From Candidatus Woesearchaeota archaeon (lineage in GTDB: Archaea; Nanobdellota; Nanobdellia; Woesearchaeales; GW2011-AR4), in NCBI GenBank assembly GCA_002686855.1, contig NYYQ01000064.1, forward strand, positions 1 through 39,781: a stretch of 39,781 nt of DNA, read 5' to 3'. The notes under the pieces were generated by a model. That model did no database searches. It worked only from the letters and a program-made list of their open reading frames with translations, and had not been told where the DNA came from. A program made the position numbers and the translations under genes. Below are positions 25,773 through 34,329 of the stretch, piece by piece. Numbering within the stretch: position 1 is the first letter of the stretch; each line of letters opens with the position of its first letter.

Positions 25773-26729
25773 TTATTTTCTAAAGTGTTCATAACCAGAA
25801 CTTAGCTTATATTTCTTCTTTCCATCTAACAAATAAATTCCTTTCTTTTTATCAACAATCTTTCCTATTACTCTATGATCAATTTTATTTAATAATGAAA
25901 TTTTTTTCTTTGGAATTGTAAACACCAATTCAAGGTAGTCTCCCATTGAATTATAATATTCTCTCCCAAATCCAAGCTTCTTCATATCCTGAACAACTTC
26001 TTTTGAAATCAAAAGTTTACTCTTGTCAATAACTGCTCCTGTTTTGCTTTCTTCGCATATATGCCTTACTTCTGATGTAAGTCCATCAGAATTATCCTGC
26101 ATTGCATTTACACCAATAGCAGACAATTTTCTTGCAGCATCTAACCTTGCTTTTGAATTAAGAAAATATTTAGTTGATTTGCCTTTAATGTTGCTTTTTA
26201 ATAGTCCCAAAGCAGCTGTTGTCCTTCCTATTTTTCCTGTAATGCATATCAAATCCCCAACCCGGGCATTTCCCCGTAAACATAGCATCTTTTTCTCAAC
26301 AAAACCAATTAATGTAATTGTTATAGACATTTCTTCAGAACTTGCAAGATTTCCTCCAATAATATCTACCTTATATTTTTTTGAAGCCTTGTTTATTCCA
26401 TCATACAACCTATCAACAAATTTAACAGAAATTTTTTTCGGCAAATTCAAAGAGACAAGCATGTATTTTGGAAAACCACCCATTGCAGCAATATCAGAAA
26501 CATTAGACTCAACAGCTAATTTTCCTAACTGTTCTGGCTTAAACCATTCAAATTTAAAATGAACCTTTTCTACTAAAGTATCTGTAGTCAACAGCATATA
26601 TTTTTTTTTATCAAACTTAATAACAGCGCAATCATCCCCAATACCTTTAACAACATCTTTGGAAAATAAGCTTATCTTTTTGCTTATCCTTTCTATTAAT
26701 TTCCTTTCCCCTAACTTAGATACTTTCAT
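25773..26729 (-). CDS. thiL: Thiamine-monophosphate kinase (ThiL, AIR-synthase-related fold)
   Basis: GERKLIERI...GIGDDCAVIKF...LLTTDTLVEKVHF...LAVESNVSDIAAMGGFPKYMLVSLNLP. Confidence 0.85.
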   Translation of the reverse strand: MKVSKLGERKLIERISKKISLFSKDVVKGIGDDCAVIKFDKKKYMLLTTDTLVEKVHFKFEWFKPEQLGKLAVESNVSDIAAMGGFPKYMLVSLNLPKKISVKFVDRLYDGINKASKKYKVDIIGGNLASSEEMSITITLIGFVEKKMLCLRGNARVGDLICITGKIGRTTAALGLLKSNIKGKSTKYFLNSKARLDAARKLSAIGVNAMQDNSDGLTSEVRHICEESKTGAVIDKSKLLISKEVVQDMKKLGFGREYYNSMGDYLELVFTIPKKKISLLNKIDHRVIGKIVDKKKGIYLLDGKKKYKLSSGYEHFRK

Positions 26730-26740
26730 TTTAGAATAAA

Positions 26741-27541
26741 TTATTTTTTACTAAACGAAATAACATTCAATGGCTTTTTTGAAAGTTTTACTGTAACTTT
26801 CTGTTCTGAGTCAAATCTATTTTCCTTGCCTGTAGAGTCAGCAATAATAACGCCTTTTCCAACCTCAAACTCTATCAAGACTTCCTCATTTTTACCCAAA
26901 ATCCCATTGACTAAGCTGCATTTTGCAGCTGTCCTGCCGCAATATGGCTCCCTTATCAAATATTCAAATTTATCAGAATACAGCGGTAAAGTTTTACCGC
27001 CAGCGCTTTTAATCCATGCATAACTTCCAGCAGCTGTTGAAACCAGTACTCCACTGCTTTTCTGCCTTTCCCTTTTGCCTTTTATGGTGAAGCCATAACG
27101 CGCAGTGTGGTATGCTTTTGCAGATGCCACATAAAATTCATTCAATGCAAGCTCAGAAATCTTCTTATCACCTACAAAAGCTTCAAGCCTGTGCAGTTTT
27201 TTTATTTCATAATCTCCTTTCAATATTCTTTTCAATTTTCTCTCAAAATCATTTTTGTTAGTTGCCATAAAAAATCCCTCTTTACATTTAGGGTCAGAAT
27301 TAACTCCTAACATTAACATTTTGTTAAAAATAAAATGAGAAGCCATTAAAAAAGTACCATCCCCGCCAACTGCTATAACTAACTCTTTATTTTGAACTAA
27401 CTTTTTGCTTAATTTTTCCCTAATTACATTTTTATAATTTATTTTATATTTTTTTAATATTTTCTGGACTAAATTTAATGTTAATTTCTCTGTTGTATTT
27501 CTTGGTTTTGTATAGACTATTAATATATTTTTTAGTTGCAT
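26741..27541 (-). CDS. nadK: NAD kinase
   Basis: LVIAVGGDGTFLMASH and LALNEFYV motifs. 266 aa. Confidence 0.85.
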   Translation of the reverse strand: MQLKNILIVYTKPRNTTEKLTLNLVQKILKKYKINYKNVIREKLSKKLVQNKELVIAVGGDGTFLMASHFIFNKMLMLGVNSDPKCKEGFFMATNKNDFERKLKRILKGDYEIKKLHRLEAFVGDKKISELALNEFYVASAKAYHTARYGFTIKGKRERQKSSGVLVSTAAGSYAWIKSAGGKTLPLYSDKFEYLIREPYCGRTAAKCSLVNGILGKNEEVLIEFEVGKGVIIADSTGKENRFDSEQKVTVKLSKKPLNVISFSKK

Positions 27542-27616
27542 GGAGAATTAATAACTTAAAAGCTTATTTAAATTTTTGTTTTTAAGGTTTGTTCTCTAAA
27601 AACTTAATCATCGCAA

Positions 27617-27721
27617 CTAAGCTTTCATTAACAGGACACTTAATCTTATATTCCTTACCCAACTCAACAAACCACCAACTAAACTTCCAATACCTCCGGC
27701 ACCTAGAATTATTATTTTCAT
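27617..27721 (-). pseudogene. 34-codon stub of a Rossmann-fold gene (ketopantoate-reductase-like N-terminus MKIIILGAGGIGSLVGGLL)
   Basis: Its ATG overlaps the panD stop (ATGA). The GxGxxG dinucleotide-binding start is followed by a premature stop. The remaining 75 nt to nadK are noncoding. Confidence 0.4.
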
Positions 27722-28068
27722 AGAAACTTCAAAAACTTATTGTTTTTATCAACCAGTATAATTTTTGGATTTATTTGTTTTTCACTTAATTCAAATCCCA
27801 TAATAATTATTTCTTCACTAGCTTTAATCAGATGAGCGGCAGCGCCATTCATACAAACAACTCCAGAGCCCTTTTTTCCTTTTATTACATATGTTTCTAA
27901 CCTTGCTCCAGAGGTATTGCTTGCAACCAGGACCTTTTCACCTGGCCACAATCCTGCTTTTTCTATCAAATCTTCATCAATTGTAATGCTGCCTGCATAA
28001 TTTATATCAGCTTCAGTTACCGTTGCCTTATGGATTTTTGATCTTATGAGCCATCTCATTTTTGACAT
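27718..28068 (-). CDS. panD: Aspartate 1-decarboxylase, pyruvoyl-dependent (bacterial PanD type)
   Basis: It is collinear with E. coli PanD as I recall it. KIHKATVTEADINYAGSITIDEDL carries the Gly-Ser self-cleavage site, followed by VCMNGAAAHL. Confidence 0.88.
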   Translation of the reverse strand: MSKMRWLIRSKIHKATVTEADINYAGSITIDEDLIEKAGLWPGEKVLVASNTSGARLETYVIKGKKGSGVVCMNGAAAHLIKASEEIIIMGFELSEKQINPKIILVDKNNKFLKFL

Positions 28069-28083
28069 TTCTAAAATATTGCA

Positions 28084-30561
28084 TTACTCTAAAAATATAG
28101 CAACCTTCCCAGGCTTTGCTTTCTTAGCCTTTCCCTGTGGATCATAAATATCTTTATCATTAACAGCATTTACAGTAACTTCTAAATCAATTTTCTTCTC
28201 TAAAATATTCTTGTTCTGCAAAAATATCTCTTTCTCGTTGGGTATAACATATAAATAAACCTTTTTAGGCTCTATCTTAACCAACTTTAAAACATTCCTT
28301 ATATCAGCAACCGTATTTTCTATTAATTGCTCTTCTTTTTCAATTTTTTCACTTACTTTATTTTTATCAAATTTAGGCCACTTAGCTAATGAAATAAATC
28401 CTTTATTTCCTAATTTTGACCACAACTCCTCACACAAATGCGGAGTAAAAGGCACCATTAATAAAATCAAATTTTCAAAAGCTTCTTTTGGAATTTTTTC
28501 CAAACTCCCTAAATAATCAACATAACTATACAAGTTAACAATAGCCTTATTAAATTCAAAATTATCAATATTCTCACTTACACTATTAATAGTCCTGTGC
28601 ATCTTATTTAACACACTATCATCTGCTTTAACCTTGTCAACCAGCTCATACATACTATGAATCCTATTAATAAACCTGTAAACTCCATTAACACCCTTGT
28701 CACTCCAGTCTAATTCTTTTTCAGGTGAAGCAGCAAATAGAATAAATAATCTGCCAGTATCAGGACCATACTTCTCTGTTATTTCTGAAGGAGCCACAAC
28801 ATTTCCCAAGCTTTTACTCATCTTTGCTCCATCTTTGATAACCATACCTTGGCATAATAACCTTGAAAAAGGCTCATCAATCTTATGTAATCCTAAATCC
28901 CTTAAGGCTTTTGTAAAGAATCTTGCATATAACAAATGCAATATAGCATGCTCTATGCCGCCAATATACTGGTTAACAGGCATCCAGTAATTTACACTTT
29001 TTTTGTCAAAAGGAAATTTACCTTCTTTTGGGCTGCAATACCTCATAAAATACCAGCTGCTATCAACGAAAGTGTCCATCGTATCAGTTTCTCTCCTTGC
29101 TTTACCCTTGCATTTTGGACATTTAGCATTTACAAACTCTTCAGAAGTTTCCAAAGGATTTCCTTTTCCAGTAAACTTAACATTTTTTGGCAATTTAACA
29201 GGCAGCTCTTCATAACGTATAGGAACAACACCGCATTCATCGCAATAAATTATTGGTATGGGTGTTCCCCAATATCTTTGCCTGGAAATTAGCCAGTCTC
29301 TTAATCTATACCTTATAGTTCTCTTACCTTGTCCTTTTTCTTCTAAGTAATCCATGACTTTTTTAATCGCATCATTAATTTGCAACCCATTTAAGAAATC
29401 TGAGTTTATCATTACACCTCCTTCTTCTTGTACCTGTTCCTTCCTTGTTATCTCTGATTTATCTCCATCTGGACCTATTACAACCCGGGTAATGGGCAAA
29501 TTAAACTCTTTGGCAAATTCAAAGTCTCTTCTATCATGACCTGGAACACCCACAACAATCCCGGTTCCTACAGATATTAAGACAAAATCTGTTACCCATA
29601 TAGGCATTTTCTTATTTGAAAGTTGGTTAATGCAGTATAAGCCTGTAAACACCCCGGTCTTTTTTGTTCCTTCCTCTATTCTTTCTCTTTCAGTTTTTTT
29701 TCTTGAAGCTTCAACATAATCATCTATAGCGTTTCTTCCCTCTTCTGGAACTAGTTCTTTTAGTCTTTGCAGTTCTGGATGCTCAGGAGCTATCACAACA
29801 AAAGTTGCGCCAAAATTTGTATCTGGCCTTGTGGTGGAAACCATGAGCTCTATATCAGTTCCATCGACTTTATAGGTGATATCAATCCATTCCTTTTTTC
29901 CAATCCAATTTTCCTGCATTATTTTAACTTTATTTGGCCATTCGACTTTTTTTAAATCTTCAAGCAATTCATCTGAATATTGTGTTATCTTAAAGAACCA
30001 CTGTTCTAATGATTTTTCAACTACTTCGTTTTTACATCTCCAGCATTTTCCCCCCTCAACCTGCTCATTAGCCAAAACAGTATTGCAGCTATTACACCAA
30101 TTAACATAAGCTTCCTTCTTATAAGCCAGACCTTTCTCAAAAAACTTCAAAAAAATCCATTGATTCCATTTGTAGTAATCTTCAGAACAGGTTTGAATTT
30201 CTCTGCTCCAATCGTAGCTTAAACCCATGCTTTGTTGTTGTTTCTTGATAGCCTTAATATTATCCAAGGTCCATTTTTCTGGATCTACTTTATTCTTAAT
30301 AGCAGCATTCTCTGCCGGCATCCCAAAAGCATCATAACCCATCGGATATAGCACATTAAAGCCATTCATTCTTTTATATCTGGCTAAAGCATCTCCTATA
30401 GAATAGTTTCTTAAGTGTCCCATGTGCAAAAAGTTTGATGGATAGGGAAACATTTCTAAGCAATAGAATTTCTTTTTCTTACTACTCTTTTCTACTTTAA
30501 AGATATTCTCTTTCTCCCATTTTTTTTGCCATTTAGATGCAATCTTAGCTAAATTAACCAT
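28084..30561 (-). CDS. leuS: Leucyl-tRNA synthetase, bacterial-type architecture
   Basis: [80 protein letters not shown] and KMSKSLGN. It is collinear with E. coli LeuRS rather than the archaeal/eukaryotic type. Confidence 0.9.
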   Translation of the reverse strand: MVNLAKIASKWQKKWEKENIFKVEKSSKKKKFYCLEMFPYPSNFLHMGHLRNYSIGDALARYKRMNGFNVLYPMGYDAFGMPAENAAIKNKVDPEKWTLDNIKAIKKQQQSMGLSYDWSREIQTCSEDYYKWNQWIFLKFFEKGLAYKKEAYVNWCNSCNTVLANEQVEGGKCWRCKNEVVEKSLEQWFFKITQYSDELLEDLKKVEWPNKVKIMQENWIGKKEWIDITYKVDGTDIELMVSTTRPDTNFGATFVVIAPEHPELQRLKELVPEEGRNAIDDYVEASRKKTERERIEEGTKKTGVFTGLYCINQLSNKKMPIWVTDFVLISVGTGIVVGVPGHDRRDFEFAKEFNLPITRVVIGPDGDKSEITRKEQVQEEGGVMINSDFLNGLQINDAIKKVMDYLEEKGQGKRTIRYRLRDWLISRQRYWGTPIPIIYCDECGVVPIRYEELPVKLPKNVKFTGKGNPLETSEEFVNAKCPKCKGKARRETDTMDTFVDSSWYFMRYCSPKEGKFPFDKKSVNYWMPVNQYIGGIEHAILHLLYARFFTKALRDLGLHKIDEPFSRLLCQGMVIKDGAKMSKSLGNVVAPSEITEKYGPDTGRLFILFAASPEKELDWSDKGVNGVYRFINRIHSMYELVDKVKADDSVLNKMHRTINSVSENIDNFEFNKAIVNLYSYVDYLGSLEKIPKEAFENLILLMVPFTPHLCEELWSKLGNKGFISLAKWPKFDKNKVSEKIEKEEQLIENTVADIRNVLKLVKIEPKKVYLYVIPNEKEIFLQNKNILEKKIDLEVTVNAVNDKDIYDPQGKAKKAKPGKVAIFLE

Positions 30562-30778
30562 AATCCTCAGAAAACTAATGTTGATTTAAATTATTTATGC
30601 TTATTTAAAACGTATTTTGCTGGAATTCTCCCTACAATTCCAGCTCCATAAGAAGAATCTTCTATACAGCTTAAGAGACCTTTGTTTAAGAATGAATTTA
30701 TCCATTTATTTGAGTGTTTACATCTAGAATGACTAAGACTTTGGGGAATAATTTAAAAATGAGTACTACCATATTCGT

Positions 30779-32800
30779 ATGAATATGGTAAATAAAAGAG
30801 GTCAGGTAACGATTTTTTTTGTTATTGCTATTACGATTCTTTTGAGTCTGTTGGTTTTCTTTTACTACAAGTCTTCCATAACCAAGAACGATATTCCAAA
30901 TTACAAGGTTCTGGATGTAAATCCTATTAAAATATATATTGATTCCTGTCTTGAAGTAATCGGTCGCGAAGCTCTATATAAAGTTGGTCAACAAGGAGGC
31001 TATGTTGAAATCCCGGATAATATAAAGATACACAACACAAGCTATTGGTATGTCAATGGTGTAAACATTCAACCATTTTTATCTGAAATTGAGGTCAGAA
31101 TTAATCAATATGTTGAAAATAAATTACACACATGCTTAAACCTCACAATTTTTGAAAGACAAGGTTTTGAAATAGAATTTGAGGACTTGGATGTAAACAC
31201 TCAAATAAATAAGAAAGACATAATTATAAAAACAAAATATCCCATAAAAATACAAAAAAAGGATTCAATTTCAAAAATTTCTGAATTTATTGTTAAATTT
31301 AATATTCGTCTTATGGATATGTATGAAGTTGCAACAGATATTGTTAATCAGGCAACATTGCCAGTATTTAACAAATGCGATCCTCATTTCTGCAACAACT
31401 CTTTAGATGTCAACATAGAACTTTTTAATTTTAAAGAAGATTTGTTAGTTAAAAGTCAGACCATTGAAATAACTGATGATGAAAAGATGATACCCTACAA
31501 TCTAAACTTTGTCATTAAACGCCCCATTAAAGAAGCATTTGAAGAAAATAATGATTCATTAAATCTAGCAGTTCTATATCAAGACCAATCCAATACTCCT
31601 TCATTTGGTAAGAAATCATTAGAAGTGTTAAACAAAATAGTTCCATCTAATAAGTACAAAGTTGATATTTTTAATTGTGATGAAACGTCGATATTTTTTG
31701 ATAATTCTGACAAGTATGACATACTAATGATTACTGGAAATCAAGGCTTTGTAATCGTTGTAGGTTCTGATCGAGATGCTGGTTTACTTATCGCAGGATG
31801 TAGGGAGATTAGATTGAATTATAAGGAAGAATTAAAGAATTGGATTAATTCTGGAGGAATTATGTGGATAAATTTTGCAGAATCTTCGCTGAATTATATT
31901 GACACCGGCTATTCCTATAGATCAACAAAATTATTTACTTTAGCTACTTGGCAAGAGGATGTTAAAGAATGGTATGTTTCTCAATATAAAAAATCAGCTC
32001 AGATTAACAATCCCGATCATCAAATCCTAAATTGTCCAAATGAAATAGATCTGTCAACCGTAGGATTTGGAACAGAAGGACCTTCTATAGAAGAGACAAA
32101 TGCTGAGTTAGTAGTCGGAACTAAAGATGATCCTGAAATATGGACTCAGAGATTGGGAAATGGTTTAATTGTTTTTGACCAAGTTTTGATGAAGGATAAT
32201 TTGCTTAAAAATTCTAATATTAAGGGAGATATTTATTCTGGAGGTTTAGCTGAATCTTATTTCATTAACACACTTAATTTTTTAGCAGCAGAAAAAGAAA
32301 AATCAGTAGAACCTGATCCAAAATTTACTCCAAACTTAACTTACCCTATTAACAATATCGAAATTACTTCACCCGAATTTTACTTTGAAATTGAAGATAG
32401 TGATGGTATTAATGAATACATAATTCAGATTAATTATTTGAATGGCTCTTTGTTGAAAGAAAGTGCTTTTATTCGTCCGCAATATATACCGAACAGAGGA
32501 TTTATAGTTTTCCCATTTTCAAAACAAGAATTCAATTCTATCATCCCCCAAATTCTAGAATGGAAAATAGCTTCAAACAATGGTGGTAAGTTACATTGGG
32601 GTAAAATCGAAAAATTTACTGTTTCGCATTGCGGAAATAATATTTGTGAACCAAATTTTGGTGAAAATAAGTGTTTATGTCCAGCAGATTGTGGGGCGTG
32701 TGAAGGTGTAAATACTATCACGTGTGAAAGAAACGAATGTGTTAACAATGTTTGTATTTCAAAAATCGATCAAGTATGCTTAGGTGAAAACAATGAATAA
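30779..32800 (+). CDS. Large secreted/surface protein with a class III (type IV pilin-like) signal peptide and a Cys-rich C-terminal module
   Basis: The N-terminus is MNMVNKRGQ|VTIFFVIAITILLSLLVFF. The central region resembles a GATase1-like/ThuA-like fold (YDILMITGNQG...WINSGGIMWI). The C-terminus is HCGNNICEPNFGENKCLCPADCGACEG... Confidence 0.6.
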   Translation: MNMVNKRGQVTIFFVIAITILLSLLVFFYYKSSITKNDIPNYKVLDVNPIKIYIDSCLEVIGREALYKVGQQGGYVEIPDNIKIHNTSYWYVNGVNIQPFLSEIEVRINQYVENKLHTCLNLTIFERQGFEIEFEDLDVNTQINKKDIIIKTKYPIKIQKKDSISKISEFIVKFNIRLMDMYEVATDIVNQATLPVFNKCDPHFCNNSLDVNIELFNFKEDLLVKSQTIEITDDEKMIPYNLNFVIKRPIKEAFEENNDSLNLAVLYQDQSNTPSFGKKSLEVLNKIVPSNKYKVDIFNCDETSIFFDNSDKYDILMITGNQGFVIVVGSDRDAGLLIAGCREIRLNYKEELKNWINSGGIMWINFAESSLNYIDTGYSYRSTKLFTLATWQEDVKEWYVSQYKKSAQINNPDHQILNCPNEIDLSTVGFGTEGPSIEETNAELVVGTKDDPEIWTQRLGNGLIVFDQVLMKDNLLKNSNIKGDIYSGGLAESYFINTLNFLAAEKEKSVEPDPKFTPNLTYPINNIEITSPEFYFEIEDSDGINEYIIQINYLNGSLLKESAFIRPQYIPNRGFIVFPFSKQEFNSIIPQILEWKIASNNGGKLHWGKIEKFTVSHCGNNICEPNFGENKCLCPADCGACEGVNTITCERNECVNNVCISKIDQVCLGENNE

Positions 32801-33092
32801 ACAGGAGAGAATAACAATTTATGGATTGATTATATCTTTAATTATTGCTCTTTTTGTAAATTTTGTTAATGCGGGTTGCTGTACTGATTTTTGTTTTGAG
32901 AGCTTTAGAGCAGAATGTCCTACAGATACATACATTCAAAACCAATGTAAAAATCTAGAATCATGTACCCTGGGATGTTGCATAGATGAACATGGTTTTC
33001 AACATAACAAATTTCCGCAAGAGAGATGTATAATAAATGGGGGCGTGTTTAAAAGTACATGTGAAAGCCTTTCTGTTTGTAAAATCAATTAG
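32793..33092 (+). CDS. Small secreted Cys-rich protein (11 Cys in a ~72-aa mature part)
   Basis: MNKQERITIYGLIISLIIALFVNFVNA|GCCTDFC...LGCCIDEH... Its ATG overlaps the stop of the upstream gene (ATGAATAA). The track ORF starts at a GTG at 32784. Confidence 0.6.
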   Translation: MNKQERITIYGLIISLIIALFVNFVNAGCCTDFCFESFRAECPTDTYIQNQCKNLESCTLGCCIDEHGFQHNKFPQERCIINGGVFKSTCESLSVCKIN

Positions 33093-33285
33093 TTGTCTTA
33101 ACAATGAAAGAAAAAAGTTAGGTCGAGTGCAACGAGCCGTATAAAACACCATTTTTATGCGAAGATAACAAAGCTAAATTTTTGGTATGCGTAGCAGCCT
33201 GTAAGGCAATAAAAAAAGTAGAATATAACTATCTTTTTATGAACATTTATGTTTGGAAAAGTAAGTTATACGAATCTTTGTAAGC

Positions 33286-34200
33286 TTATTCCCTCTCCAA
33301 CATATAGCTTTTCCTGATTTGAAGAGGATGATAAGACATCTTTATTTTTCTTAGGTAATCAATATCCCAATCCTCTCCTGAATTCACAAACTCGCATTCA
33401 AAAAGCTTTAGCAGTTCTCCGTAAATAAGGACAGAAAGCCCTTTTATGTTAAGATTTGTTTTTTCAAAGAAATCTGTGCAAGTATCTTTGTTTGTTTGCT
33501 CTCCGAAAGTATAGCCTTCTATTTTATCATCTACATGCACTACAATTCCCTTAAGGGAAAATCTTTCAGCAAGCTCAAGAACTTTAAGGTTTGCATCATA
33601 CTCATCATCAAGGCTTTCATGGTGCTTTTTCTTCACAACACTAAGTTTCTGCTTTTTCCACTTATCAAGAAGCTCAATGCAGCCATTCATGTGCTTGCCT
33701 TTCTCATATTTTTCCACTTTATATTTGTAATTCTTGATAAAATAATTTTTTAAATTTCTCTTGCTTTTGTACTTGTCCCCTTTCAACTCCATTATATCCT
33801 TTCTCTTGTAGATATAATCCCGGTTCTGCTCTTTTAACTCAAAACCATCAAGCTTAGAATATTTTTCCTTTAATTCTTCAGGTATATACATGACAGCAGT
33901 ATTATTAATACTGTTGTCCTTGTTATACTCTTCACATATCTCAAAACAAATTTTTATTGTATCGCTAAGCTTATTGCCTGGAAGCGCAGGACCCCATACA
34001 TGCCTGTTGCCTTCAAAAGTAAGAAATAAGCATAAATTTCCATTAACCATTGTCCATTTTATATCTTTATAGCATCCATCCCACAAATAGATCCAAGAAA
34101 AGCTATGTTCTGCCAGAGGAAATTTCAAAGAAGAATAAGCTTTATCAAATGATTCTTTATCATCCAAAGAGAATTTTTTCAACTCAACAAGATTTTGCAT
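33286..34200 (-). CDS. DUF2156-family protein (MprF C-terminal / aminoacyl-tRNA transferase-like GNAT fold)
   Basis: SFSWIYLWDG...NRDYIYKRKDIMELKGDKYKSKRNLKNYFIKNY...LLDKWKKQK fits the DUF2156 pattern as I remember it. Confidence 0.65.
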   Translation of the reverse strand: MQNLVELKKFSLDDKESFDKAYSSLKFPLAEHSFSWIYLWDGCYKDIKWTMVNGNLCLFLTFEGNRHVWGPALPGNKLSDTIKICFEICEEYNKDNSINNTAVMYIPEELKEKYSKLDGFELKEQNRDYIYKRKDIMELKGDKYKSKRNLKNYFIKNYKYKVEKYEKGKHMNGCIELLDKWKKQKLSVVKKKHHESLDDEYDANLKVLELAERFSLKGIVVHVDDKIEGYTFGEQTNKDTCTDFFEKTNLNIKGLSVLIYGELLKLFECEFVNSGEDWDIDYLRKIKMSYHPLQIRKSYMLERE

Positions 34201-34210
34201 TTTGATGAAA

Positions 34211-34329
34211 TAGCCCCGCCAGGACTTTCGTGACTGATTTTGCAGTCGTTTCGAACCTGGGTCCCCGGCTCCAAAAGCCGGTATGAATAGTCTTCTCCGA
34301 GGAGAATTTGACCGCTACACTACGGGGCT
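34211..34329 (-). tRNA. tRNA-Gln (UUG) with two non-canonical insertions (D-loop ~23 nt, T-loop 25 nt); no encoded CCA
   Basis: Minus-strand read: AGCCCCG-TA-GTGT-AGCGGTCAA-[ATTCTCCTCGGAGAAGACTATTC]-ATA-CCGGC-TTTTGGA-GCCGG-GGAC-CCAGG-TTCGAA-[ACGACTGCAAAATCAGTCACGAAAG]-T-CCTGG-CGGGGCT-A. It has a 7-bp acceptor stem, a perfect 5-bp anticodon stem and a 5-bp T stem. Confidence 0.8.

Noticed and set aside
26023-26562. 179-aa ORF antisense to thiL, and similar long antisense ORFs in leuS (28697-29292), ftsZ (37875-38321), ispG and dxr
   Set aside because: The opposite-strand genes have strong family signatures, while the antisense translations show none.
30591-30752. Minus-strand open frame of 53 codons without a start (…SRCKHSNKWINSFLNKGLLSCIEDSSYGAGIVGRIPAKYVLNKHK*) just upstream of leuS
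   Set aside because: It looks protein-like and may be the 3' remnant of a lost gene. However, it has no start codon or recognisable family and sits in a promoter region, so there is too little to call.
34203-34236. C-box-like TGATGA and D-box-like CTGA words on the plus strand, suggesting a C/D box sRNA
   Set aside because: They are antisense to the tRNA-Gln 3' half and overlap the DUF2156 start codon. There is only one box pair with wrong spacing and no terminal stem, so this is most likely coincidence.
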